DNA of 64,000 nucleotides from an uncultured Bacteroidales bacterium (GTDB lineage Bacteria; Bacteroidota; Bacteroidia; Bacteroidales; Bacteroidaceae): NCBI GenBank assembly GCA_963790715.1, contig CAWBPN010000001.1, positions 11,902 to 75,901 of the forward strand, read 5' to 3'. Shown piece by piece: positions 55,407 to 64,000 of this stretch (position 1 is its first letter; each line of letters starts with the position of its first letter). The notes under the pieces were generated by a model. It saw only the letters and a program-made list of their open reading frames with translations, ran no database searches and was not told where the DNA came from. The position numbers and the translations under genes were made by a program.

Positions 55407-55735
55407 GACTGGAACCGAGTATGCATTATTTTTTCTGTGAAGGAAAGACGGACATGCGTAAAGGCATGGATACCTTGGCCGAAGAAGTCCGTAAACGATT
55501 AAGAATGGATCCGACAAGTGGATATGTGTTTATCTTTATCTCCAAGAATCGGCGTCACGTAAAAATCTTAAGGTATGAAAGCAATGGTTTCATACTGTAT
55601 TGGAAACGCCTCGAAGGTTCGGAACGATTCCTCAGACCGGTATACAATAGCTACGAAGGAGGCTATGAAATGGACTGGAATAAGTTGGTAATTTTGTTGG
55701 AAGGAACAGTAAGAAAAGAGCTTCTTATTTGTTAA
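55400..55735 (+). CDS. tnpB: IS66 Orf2 / TnpB accessory protein
   Basis: 111 aa with ..DMRKGMDTLAEEVRKRL..FIFISKNRRHVKILRYESNGFILYWKRLE.. (IS66 Orf2 signature). Confidence 0.9.
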   Translation: MLGLEPSMHYFFCEGKTDMRKGMDTLAEEVRKRLRMDPTSGYVFIFISKNRRHVKILRYESNGFILYWKRLEGSERFLRPVYNSYEGGYEMDWNKLVILLEGTVRKELLIC

Positions 55736-55821
55736 CAATATAAGGTTTAATTAACTGACTATCAGTTAATTAAATGATTAAAACACTTGGAGGATTCAGC
55801 AAAAAGTCTTACCTTTAAAGC

Positions 55822-57642
55822 ATGAATGACAAGGAAACAATGAACATAATTTTGGCTCGTCTGCTTGATAAAGATGACGAAAACCGACGCTTGCGAAAAG
55901 AGAATACTCAGCTGCAAGAAGAGGCAAAATCAGGCAACGCTAAAATCCAGAAACAGATGAAGGATACATTGGACGAGCTAAAGAAGATGCGCCGGGATTA
56001 TAGAGACATGGCTTCCAAGTTTTCAAAAGCGATTGAAAGTAATTCTCAAAAGGATAAGACAATATCGGAGATGGGGCAAATAATAGAAAGTCTGAAAGAA
56101 GAGATTGCGAAATTTGCCGACAAATCAGAAGGCCAAATAGCAGAGATACTCTTAGGCAGAAGTAAACGTTTTGCCCCTTCTTCCGAACAACTAAAGAACA
56201 GGAAAAAGCCAGTAGAGAACGATCCTGAAGAAGAAAAGGAAGAATATGACGGAGAGAATAAACCGTCGGATAATAATGATGATATTTCTTTTCCTACTGG
56301 AACGACCACTCAAGATGATATTACCGTAGAAGGAAATGCTCAAGACACTCAAACAAGTCAAAAGCCTATGCGTTCAGGATACGAGAAAAACAGTACACAT
56401 GTAGATGAGGTAGTATTCCATAAATGCGATCCTGATGCTATTCCTGAAGGGTCTACAAAAGTAAGTTTACGAACATGGGTAAAGTATCGTATCAATGTGC
56501 ATATCATTAAAGATGTATTTGAATACATACATGCCAAAAATGCCGAAGGCGTATTTGACAATTATTATTTACCGGTTGATTCCAATGATGAAATGAGACC
56601 GTTTACCAATACAATGAAAGGTTATCCTATCGACTTTGGTTTTATCTCCAAAATACTGACAGATAAATACCAATATGGCTTGTCATTGGAAAACGTTTTA
56701 AAGAGATATAAGGATGAAGATGCAGAATTCTCATCTTCCACAGTTTGCAATTGGGTACACAAACATATAGAGGAACTGGAGGTGTTGGACGAACCGTTAA
56801 GGAATTTGTTGCTAACACCCGGCAGCTTTCTGTTCTGTGATGAGACAACGGAAAAGGTACGTGTGAAGAATATCGTCACAGGCAAGATGGAATACAGGAA
56901 GAAATACATTTGGGGAGTTAAGAACACGGAGATGAAAGTTGCATATTACCTTTATGACCATGGAAGTCGTGGGATGGCAGTAGCCGAGAATTTCTTCAAA
57001 GACTTTTTCGGAAGCATACTGACGGACGGATACAATGTGTATAAGATGTTCGAAAAGCCGGGTTGGGAAGAACGGATTAAGAGGTACGGCTGCTTAGCCC
57101 ATGTGAGACGTGACTTTGTCGATGCAATGCCAAGTGACGGTAGAGCAGTTTGGTTTGTGGAAAAGATAGGAGAACTCTATTGGATAGAAGCAGATTGCAA
57201 AATACGGAACTTGACTCCGGAAGAGAGGGTATTTGAAAGGAAACGACGAGCGATCCCCATAATATACGAATTGTATCAAAAGATAAATGAAATATATGAA
57301 GACAAACTTCTTCTTTGCAGCCAGTTGCTAAGAAAGGCAGTAAACTATGCGATGAACGAATGGAAAGCCGTCACACGTTATGTCAATAACGGCAAAGCCG
57401 AGATTGACAACAATACGGCTGAGAGGATGATGAAGCCGATATGCTTGGGAAGAAACAATTATCTTTTCTTAGGTTCTGAGAAAAGCGCAAAGCATGCTTC
57501 TTTGATTTACTCTTTAATAGAAACATGCAAGATGAATGCCGTTAAACCGGTGAAATATTTAGAAAGAGTTTTTAATGAATTATCTAATGGTGCTACTAAT
57601 TATGAAGCACTTTTACCTATGAGCTTAGTTAAACAACAATAA
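55822..57642 (+). CDS. tnpC: IS66-family DDE transposase TnpC
   Basis: 606 aa with an N-terminal coiled coil and ..LFCDETTEKV..DGYNVY..CLAHVRRDF.. motifs. Confidence 0.9.
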   Translation: MNDKETMNIILARLLDKDDENRRLRKENTQLQEEAKSGNAKIQKQMKDTLDELKKMRRDYRDMASKFSKAIESNSQKDKTISEMGQIIESLKEEIAKFADKSEGQIAEILLGRSKRFAPSSEQLKNRKKPVENDPEEEKEEYDGENKPSDNNDDISFPTGTTTQDDITVEGNAQDTQTSQKPMRSGYEKNSTHVDEVVFHKCDPDAIPEGSTKVSLRTWVKYRINVHIIKDVFEYIHAKNAEGVFDNYYLPVDSNDEMRPFTNTMKGYPIDFGFISKILTDKYQYGLSLENVLKRYKDEDAEFSSSTVCNWVHKHIEELEVLDEPLRNLLLTPGSFLFCDETTEKVRVKNIVTGKMEYRKKYIWGVKNTEMKVAYYLYDHGSRGMAVAENFFKDFFGSILTDGYNVYKMFEKPGWEERIKRYGCLAHVRRDFVDAMPSDGRAVWFVEKIGELYWIEADCKIRNLTPEERVFERKRRAIPIIYELYQKINEIYEDKLLLCSQLLRKAVNYAMNEWKAVTRYVNNGKAEIDNNTAERMMKPICLGRNNYLFLGSEKSAKHASLIYSLIETCKMNAVKPVKYLERVFNELSNGATNYEALLPMSLVKQQ

Positions 57643-57658
57643 AAAATCAACACTTCAT

Positions 57659-58690
57659 TTACGGGTATTTAATATATCCGACCAAAATCATATTTATTAT
57701 TATAAAGAAGAATGAAATTCCCAATAATGAGACCATAACCCAACGAACACGCATACCCGTACGTAAAAGTTTATGATGAATATGATTCTTATCCGGAAGG
57801 AAAGGATTACATCCATTTCTTAAGCGAGAGCAAACCACTCTAACAATATCCAATACAGGAACCATAACCGTAGAGAACGCTATTATGATCATTCCGTGAG
57901 GCATATTTTCTCTATCATCCATACATAAATATATAAATAGAAAACTTAGAATATATCCCAACGATAAGCTTCCGGAATCACCCATAAATATTTTTCGGCA
58001 TTTCTCTATCCGTCCGTACACATTATATAACCAAAAAGGAATAAGTACTCCAAAGGATGCAAAAGCCAAAACGACGTAACAATATCTCCCAAAGTAAAAG
58101 CAAATGCCACCTATAACAAATAAAGAAATCATACTTAACCCTGATGCAAGTCCGTCGATTCCATCTATAAGATTAATTGCATTGGTAATGTAAATAACAA
58201 TAAATATAGTAAAAGGTATTCCTATCCACGGTGATATTTGATAAATGCCGAATAAACCATCCAAAGAATTAATCCATAAGCCGGATAAGGGTATCAGAGA
58301 GGCACTGATTAATTGCATTAGGAACTTATACCTATATCCCAGACCTACTAAATCATCCAATAATCCTGTGAAATACAATAATATAGCACCTACTGTAAGT
58401 AACGTAAAACGTACGAAAGTGGGAGATATTATACTAATGGTAAAATTATGGTGAGTTAATATCGATAAAGCAAAACTAAAAGATAGTGATGCTATTATTA
58501 TAGGGGAGAAGCAGATTCCACCCAACCTTGGTATAGGTTTATCATGCAATTTACGACCATCAGGTTCATCAAACAACCGTTTTTTATAAGAGACGAATAA
58601 AATATTAGGAATAATTATGGATGCTAACGCAATAGATACGATTAAAGGTATTATTATATACAAACATCCATTTGTTAATAGGTTACTCAT
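57659..58690 (-). CDS. Glycosyltransferase family 4 polyprenyl-phosphate HexNAc-1-phosphate transferase (WecA/MraY-like)
   Basis: 343 aa, polytopic, with ..FDEPDGRKLHDKPIPRLGG.. and ..NAINLIDGIDGLA.. motifs. Confidence 0.85.
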   Translation of the reverse strand: MSNLLTNGCLYIIIPLIVSIALASIIIPNILFVSYKKRLFDEPDGRKLHDKPIPRLGGICFSPIIIASLSFSFALSILTHHNFTISIISPTFVRFTLLTVGAILLYFTGLLDDLVGLGYRYKFLMQLISASLIPLSGLWINSLDGLFGIYQISPWIGIPFTIFIVIYITNAINLIDGIDGLASGLSMISLFVIGGICFYFGRYCYVVLAFASFGVLIPFWLYNVYGRIEKCRKIFMGDSGSLSLGYILSFLFIYLCMDDRENMPHGMIIIAFSTVMVPVLDIVRVVCSRLRNGCNPFLPDKNHIHHKLLRTGMRVRWVMVSLLGISFFFIIINMILVGYIKYP

Positions 58691-58847
58691 GATGTTATAG
58701 AATTTAGAATTTTGTACTTTATGTATGTTTATTATTTTCTTTAGAATAGATGATATTAATTATGCTGTTAGGAATAAGTATGTATAAAAATGAAAAAGCA
58801 ATAGATAATAAACTATTATTCCTATAAAATACCCCTATAATGAATGT

Positions 58848-59381
58848 TTACGTCCTTTCCGATGTGACAGCGGGAAGGGTCATTAAAAGCAAAATCATCA
58901 ATAAGTAGCCATCACCCAACATACGCTTAGCCCCGTACGTAACAACTTGTGATTAATATTATTTTTGTCCGGAAGGAAAGGATTATGTCCGTATCGAGTG
59001 CATGCGCAAGCCACTCTTACAATATCCAATACAAGGATCATTACAGTAAAAAAGCTACCATCATCATAGTGAAGCGAACGAAAGTAGGAGATGAAGTGTT
59101 ACAAAACAATGTCGGGTTAATATAGCAAAGGCCATTGAAAAAGCCAGAGGAGCTAGGATTATTGGAGAAAAACAACCCCTTCCTAACCGTAATAGGGGTT
59201 TATGATGTATCTTTCGCCCATCCGGCATGTCAAAAAGACGCTTTTTGTAAGAAAAAATAAAATGTGCGGGATAATAATTGATGCTAACAAAACAGATACC
59301 ACCAACGGTACTAGAATTGTATAGACATACGTTCATAAAAGGGGTACTCATAATATTATAGTTTTTTGATTGTATTTGCAT
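58848..59381 (-). pseudogene. Degenerate WecA-like gene copy with an internal deletion of about 500 bp
   Basis: 59064-59381 encodes ..FSYKKRLFDMPDGRKIHHKPLLRLGRGCFSPI.. (N-terminal roughly 100 aa). 58848-59060 aligns with the 3' end of the intact copy (57659-57895). The middle part is absent. Confidence 0.75.
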
Positions 59382-60217
59382 CAGAGCCTATTTTCTAAAA
59401 ATATATTTCTTAACTTATTTGCATACATCCATTTGATAAATTTTGCAGGCATCATTCTAAATATAAATCTCATAAATGGATATATTTGTTTAACAGATAA
59501 TGATCCATAAATTTTTTTTATACCATGTCTATATATATACCATTCTTTTATTGCTTTTTGTTTATTTCTTCTTATAAAGAAATTATCATCGCATCTTATA
59601 TAATAAGTTATGACATCAATATTTGCAATTTTAAAGCCTGAGATAATGGCACTAAACCACAATGCAATATCTTGACTTGTAGAAAACCTTTCATCATATT
59701 TGATTTTTTTAAAAATACTTGTTTTCATCATAACAGTTGCGTGGCATAACGGTGAACCTTTATAAACACTTTTTACTATTTCATTATGACTAAGAGGATG
59801 CTTACGAATACATCTACATGGATTTACATCACTAAAATCTTGTGTATAACCTCCTAAAATATCAATTTCTGGATGTGCTTCAATATATGATAATTGTTTT
59901 GCAAATCTATCTGGCGCAGATATATCATCGCTATCCATCCTTGCAATAAGTTCCGTATGTACATATTGTATTCCTTTGTTTAATGATTTAGTTAATCCTA
60001 TATTTTTTTCATTATGTAAAATTAAGATATCATGATTAATAATTAATTTCCATTTTTTTATAATGAAATATAATTCAGCATTTAATGGACCATCTTGAAT
60101 TAAAATAATATTATCAGGTTTATGGGTTTGATCTGTCCATATGCTTTTTACTGCTAAGTCTAAATATTCTGCTTTATCATTTTTATAAACAGACATTAAT
60201 ACTGTAATACTTAACAT
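59381..60217 (-). CDS. Glycosyltransferase family 2
   Basis: 278 aa with ..ITVLMSVYKNDK.. and ..ARMDSDDIS.. motifs. Confidence 0.8.
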   Translation of the reverse strand: MLSITVLMSVYKNDKAEYLDLAVKSIWTDQTHKPDNIILIQDGPLNAELYFIIKKWKLIINHDILILHNEKNIGLTKSLNKGIQYVHTELIARMDSDDISAPDRFAKQLSYIEAHPEIDILGGYTQDFSDVNPCRCIRKHPLSHNEIVKSVYKGSPLCHATVMMKTSIFKKIKYDERFSTSQDIALWFSAIISGFKIANIDVITYYIRCDDNFFIRRNKQKAIKEWYIYRHGIKKIYGSLSVKQIYPFMRFIFRMMPAKFIKWMYANKLRNIFLENRL

Positions 60218-61536
60218 ATTATTTTAGTTATATCAATAAAACATAGTTTTCTTTTTTCTGCATATACAGAGTCAAAATAGATTTTCCCTCCATTTTGTGA
60301 AAATCTTGGATGGAGGTCACATCTACATTGATCATGGTATTTAGTATTATGATATAGTTCTAAAAGAGGTAATACGGTATCATTTTTTATATCATATAGG
60401 TATAACGTTTGCATACGACTTTTATCTGGATATGTATCAAAAACAATAAAATTAGTTTTATAATTCGGATGCCCATCCCCACTGTTTAATCCATTAACTT
60501 TATTACAATATTGAGATTTTCCAGTTAAAGTATTTAAAAAAAAGAAACCGTCTGTATCATTATATCTCATATATGCGAAAATGATTTTATTATCAATCGA
60601 GCAACAGTGTGAAAAAAGGCCCTCGTCTGATAATATTTTGATTTGTTTAAAATCTGAAATTATAAGTCTGTCTCTCTTCTTTTTTCCATTATAAATGCGA
60701 TGAAGAAAAATGAAATGTTTCCCATCTGGTGAACACATGAGATGATTAACATTGTGATTACAATTTTGAAAATAAATTTGATAGTTGCATTCAATAATAG
60801 TTCTCAGAGAATGTAATAATGTTATTTCTCCGCTTTTTATATCAACTTTCCATATACCATCATTATCCCAATCCTTTAATTGTTTTTTTGTCATCTTTGG
60901 TAAATTACGATAACCATAATCAGGCCTCATTGCAAAAATTCTATTATAATTAACTGAAAGGAAATAACTTGAATGAAATGATTCTTGGACAGGTTTATCA
61001 TATCTTTTGATAATACTTCGCGAGGATATGGAATAATTAATTGCTTGATAATTGTTATTATGAGGATTAAAAACATTAAATAAAACATGTTCATCATCAA
61101 TCCACTGTAATCGGCAACCTTGTTGCCAATTGTAGGATGATGATTTTAATATTAGACTGTTTATTCCATTATGTTTATAAAAAATTTGAATAGGGAAATT
61201 AGGGTTTGGAAGTTTTTTGGTTGAGTAAGATGTTGAATATCCCAAAATATCACCTACCTTATTTTCAGGACATTTATCATAGTATCCAAAAAAAGTTTCT
61301 TCCGATTTTACTTCTTTGAAATCTATAATATTTATTTTATCAATTCGATCATCTAATATTTTATAGGTAAATTTATTTTTATAAATGATAGCATTGATAT
61401 TTATATATATTTTTTTAATAATGCTTTTTATAAGAGGCATTTTTGATAAGATTTTAGCAATAAGCCTCTCTTTTTCGCAGAATAATTTATCATAATTTAT
61501 AGTCTTTATTATGCAACTTTGAAATAATTCTATCAA
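60211..61536 (-). CDS. Hypothetical protein of the second CPS locus (possibly beta-propeller)
   Basis: 441 aa. Repeated ..SPDGK.. / ..YD.. strand-like segments. No confident family call. Confidence 0.5.
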   Translation of the reverse strand: MIELFQSCIIKTINYDKLFCEKERLIAKILSKMPLIKSIIKKIYININAIIYKNKFTYKILDDRIDKINIIDFKEVKSEETFFGYYDKCPENKVGDILGYSTSYSTKKLPNPNFPIQIFYKHNGINSLILKSSSYNWQQGCRLQWIDDEHVLFNVFNPHNNNYQAINYSISSRSIIKRYDKPVQESFHSSYFLSVNYNRIFAMRPDYGYRNLPKMTKKQLKDWDNDGIWKVDIKSGEITLLHSLRTIIECNYQIYFQNCNHNVNHLMCSPDGKHFIFLHRIYNGKKKRDRLIISDFKQIKILSDEGLFSHCCSIDNKIIFAYMRYNDTDGFFFLNTLTGKSQYCNKVNGLNSGDGHPNYKTNFIVFDTYPDKSRMQTLYLYDIKNDTVLPLLELYHNTKYHDQCRCDLHPRFSQNGGKIYFDSVYAEKRKLCFIDITKIIC

Positions 61537-62509
61537 TAAACATAATTTTCAATTTCATTGGATCGATGAAACTTTCATCTTTTTTTATTTTGACAATCAT
61601 TTTTAATGCATTTGGATTCATTTTATCAAATTCTTCAGTCAGTAGATTAAATAAATTATATTTATCTAAAACTAATTCTTTTGCTTTTAATATATTAATT
61701 TTATATTTTTCATAATAGTTATTATTTATAGTTTGATTTATAATTTGAATAGATTTTTGCAAATTGTTAATATCTATATTTTTATATGCTTTTTCGTCAA
61801 AATATTCATTCAAATTAGAGCAACCATAATATAATGGATATGCGCCAGCTAGGTAACAGTCTGATAATTTTTCTGTCCAATAATCAGGATATGAAGAGTT
61901 TTCTATAACAATATGATATTTATATGGAGCTATAACATCCCATTTGTCTTCAAAAGAATTAAAGCCACTTCCAAATACATCCAATTTTTCTCCATAATAT
62001 TCTTTAAGTTTTATAACAAAATCAATTCGTTTTCTATGTCCCTTTGTGAAAGCTTTATTACTAGTGATAACAGAAATGAGTTTTCTTTTCTTATAATCAG
62101 TTATACTTTTGATGTCATCATAATTTAGTGTGAATAAATGTTTCTTGTCTTGCCGTATTCTGCCAACAAACCAAGGCTGAGCTGGTTGGTTATGTCTTTG
62201 ATTTGGATGCTGTAAATGATTTTGACAAACTATAATTCTCTCAAATTGATTGATATAGCTTTTTGAATAATGATATATTGATGCCGGTTCACCTATTATT
62301 AAAATGGTATTGTGTTGTGAAACTTCACATGTTTCATTCTTTCTATTTCCTTTACTATATATGGCCCAGAAATCAGCTTCATCGATATCTTGATTAATAA
62401 AAAACTTGTAGTTTCCCCATTGTGCTGTATAACCAGGAGTTTGTCTTCCTAAATCATTATTTGATTTATCGATTGATAATTTGACTTTAAACATATTACA
62501 GTCTTCCAT
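61490..62509 (-). CDS. Glycosyltransferase family 10-like (alpha-1,3-fucosyltransferase-like)
   Basis: 339 aa. ..ISVITSNKAFTKGHRKRIDF..YKYHIVIENSSYPDYWTEKLSDCYLAGAYPLYYG.. matches the GT10 C-terminal motif pattern. Confidence 0.6.
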   Translation of the reverse strand: MEDCNMFKVKLSIDKSNNDLGRQTPGYTAQWGNYKFFINQDIDEADFWAIYSKGNRKNETCEVSQHNTILIIGEPASIYHYSKSYINQFERIIVCQNHLQHPNQRHNQPAQPWFVGRIRQDKKHLFTLNYDDIKSITDYKKRKLISVITSNKAFTKGHRKRIDFVIKLKEYYGEKLDVFGSGFNSFEDKWDVIAPYKYHIVIENSSYPDYWTEKLSDCYLAGAYPLYYGCSNLNEYFDEKAYKNIDINNLQKSIQIINQTINNNYYEKYKINILKAKELVLDKYNLFNLLTEEFDKMNPNALKMIVKIKKDESFIDPMKLKIMFIDRIISKLHNKDYKL

Positions 62510-63767
62510 TAATTAAACATTTATTTAAAATCCCTTTTACATCAAAAATTATATGTATATCTTTTACTAGTTTATTTATGTCTATATCATTGAATTCTTT
62601 ATGAGCTACTGCTAGAATAACTGTATCGTATTTTTTACTGGGCATTTTATTAGTTACCTCAATACCATATTCACGTTTTACAATCGTTGGAGTCGTCCAT
62701 GGATCGTAAACAGAGATATTAATATCGTATTCCTTTAATGTTTTATATATATCAATAACTTTAGTATTGCGAATATCAGGGCAATTCTCTTTGAATGTAA
62801 ACCCTAAAATAAGAATATCCGAATGTAGTATTTGAATGCCGTTTTTTAACATTAATTTAATTACTTCATTAGCTACATAAGCACCCATCATGTCATTCAT
62901 TCTTCGACCAGCTAAAATAATTTCTGGACTCCAAACTGTTACGTTGCGCGCATTGTGCTAAGTAATAACAGTCACTTGATCAACTGCTTAAGTGGCCACT
63001 TACTAGTCTTGGTTTAAAAGGCAAAAAATTCCATTTTGTACTTGCAGCTTTAAGAACATCTTGAGTATCTATGTCCATTTTGCGGAGTTTTGAGTAATTC
63101 ATTGACAAAAGCTATATTAATATCACGTTGTGCAGTTTCAATAACTTTAGCTGGCCCCTCGGCAACTTTTATGCTTGGTGCCATGTGAGTACCAGCTAAA
63201 ATAACACTGGAATAAACCTGATTTATTATTTTGGCAACTTCCGGAGTAGATCCTGATGTATTTTCTTAATTTTATCTACTGTATGTTCTTTGTCACCTGG
63301 ATTAATTCTTTCTGGAGAATAACCTGCAAAAAAATCGATATTATATATTAAACCAAAACTCTTCTACAATAGGTATACATTCGTCTTCAGTTACGCCAGG
63401 ATAAACTGTAGATTCATATACAACAATATTATTTTTTGAAATGATTCTGCCGACGGTTGTACTTGCTCCATATAATGGCGTTAAGTCTGGGTTATTATTT
63501 TTATCGACAGGTGTAGGAACCGCAACAATATAGAAGTTACATTCTTCGAATAGTTTCTAAGTCTGTGGTACAAACAAAACCATTTTTAATAGCAGATTTT
63601 AATAATTCATCTGAGACTTCTAATGTTGCATCATGTCCACTCATCAAAATATCAACACGGCTTTTATTCATATCATAACCGATTGTTCTATATTTTGTTG
63701 AAAATAGTCGTGCCAAAGGAAGTCCAACGTAACCGAGTCCGATAACGGCAATTTTAATATCTTTCAT
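62496..63767 (-). pseudogene. UDP-sugar 6-dehydrogenase family gene (TviB/WbpO-like) with several frameshifts
   Basis: The N-terminus MKDIKIAVIGLGYVGLPLA.. (63537-63767) and the C-terminus (62496-62900) are in different frames. The 640 bp between them reads as the central domain only by switching frames several times. Confidence 0.7.
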
Positions 63768-63783
63768 ATTATATATTTTGATT

Positions 63784-64000
63784 TTATAAATCTTCCCAAT
63801 ACCACTTTACGACCTCCTTAAGACCCTGTTTGATAGAATAGTGAGGATTATAGGATAATAATTTTCTTGCTTTAATATTTGCAAGAGAATGTGGAATATC
63901 TCCTAGTCCTACTAGGACCGTGTAATGCTTTAATTTTAGATATCTCAGGATCAAATTCACTTAGATATTTTGTAAGATATTGTACGAGCTGATTCAATGT
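63784..64000 (-). pseudogene. 3' end of an SDR epimerase (TviC/WbpP-like), frameshifted; continues beyond the window
   Basis: One frame gives ..TLNQLVQYLTKYLSEFDPEISKIKALHGP.. Another gives GDIPHSLANIKARKLLSYNPHYSIKQGLKEVVKWYWEDL*. The frames switch near 63905-63925. Confidence 0.6.

Larger units (their letters stand above)
54965..58844 (+). mobile_element. IS66-family element; the only matching terminal inverted repeat pair encloses tnpA/B/C plus a WecA-like gene
   Basis: TTCATTGTAGGGGTATT (54965-54981) pairs with its reverse complement AATACCCCTATAATGAA (58828-58844), 16 of 17 matching. No IR was found in the 16 nt between the tnpC stop and the next gene. No target duplication was seen. 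Confidence 0.4.

Noticed and set aside
57654-57672. A direct-orientation sequence TTCATTTACGGGTATTT resembling the IS66 left terminus TTCATTGTAGGGGTATT.
   Set aside because: Only about 13 of 17 positions match, and a gap is needed. It is in direct rather than inverted orientation, and it lies inside the 3' end of the WecA-like coding sequence. It is probably chance or gene-derived similarity. The inverted 16-of-17 match at 58828-58844 is much stronger.

Overview
This window looks like a Bacteroidales (Bacteroides-type) chromosomal segment. The evidence is a UpxY/UpxZ-headed capsular polysaccharide (CPS) operon, many matches to the Bacteroides -7 promoter motif TAnnTTTG, and DUF3987/HU/DUF4248 genes. 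No rRNA, tRNA or CRISPR array was recognised. Layout, left to right: (1) 1-7.2 kb holds a GH28-like gene end, an MsbA-like ABC exporter, and a TolC/HlyD/ABC-2 efflux operon whose HlyD gene is frameshifted. (2) 7.5-14 kb is an AT-rich accessory island. It carries intact and fragmentary AAA+/DUF4143 ATPase genes, a translationally coupled 3-gene operon of unknown function, a small-ORF plus DUF3990/PARP-like pair, and a DUF4325-like gene. (3) 14.1-35.6 kb holds a Wzi-like gene and a roughly 20-kb minus-strand CPS operon. The operon encodes upxY, upxZ, a CDP-3,6-dideoxyhexose module with a YerE-like ThDP enzyme, a flippase, an acyltransferase split by an IS5-family element, four glycosyltransferases, wzy, an epimerase, and a GDP-D-glycero-D-manno-heptose module. 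(4) 35.8-51.1 kb is the most unusual part. A roughly 215-bp structured repeat, called R here, recurs at least 10 times as full, deleted, stub or inverted copies. R sits at the junctions of a cassette-like array of toxin-antitoxin and defence modules: two YoeB/YefM pairs, one chimeric YoeB-like pair, an MNT gene plus small peptide, HipBA, and one intact and one decayed AbiE-like pair. The array is wedged between the upxY promoter and a DUF3987 primase-helicase / HU / muramidase module, and it shows several recombination scars. No recombinase is present in the window. (5) 51-55 kb holds another DUF4143 ATPase, a DUF4248 gene, and about 1.3 kb of non-coding DNA with a perfect 18-bp hairpin and an inverted-repeat-bounded element rich in GTCTCA. 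(6) 55-64 kb holds an IS66-family element (tnpA/B/C). Its only detectable matching terminal repeat lies beyond an intact WecA-like gene, next to a deleted copy of that same gene. This is followed by the tail of a second CPS locus, whose last genes carry multiple frameshifts. All family assignments come from motif-level reading of the translations. No database search was possible.
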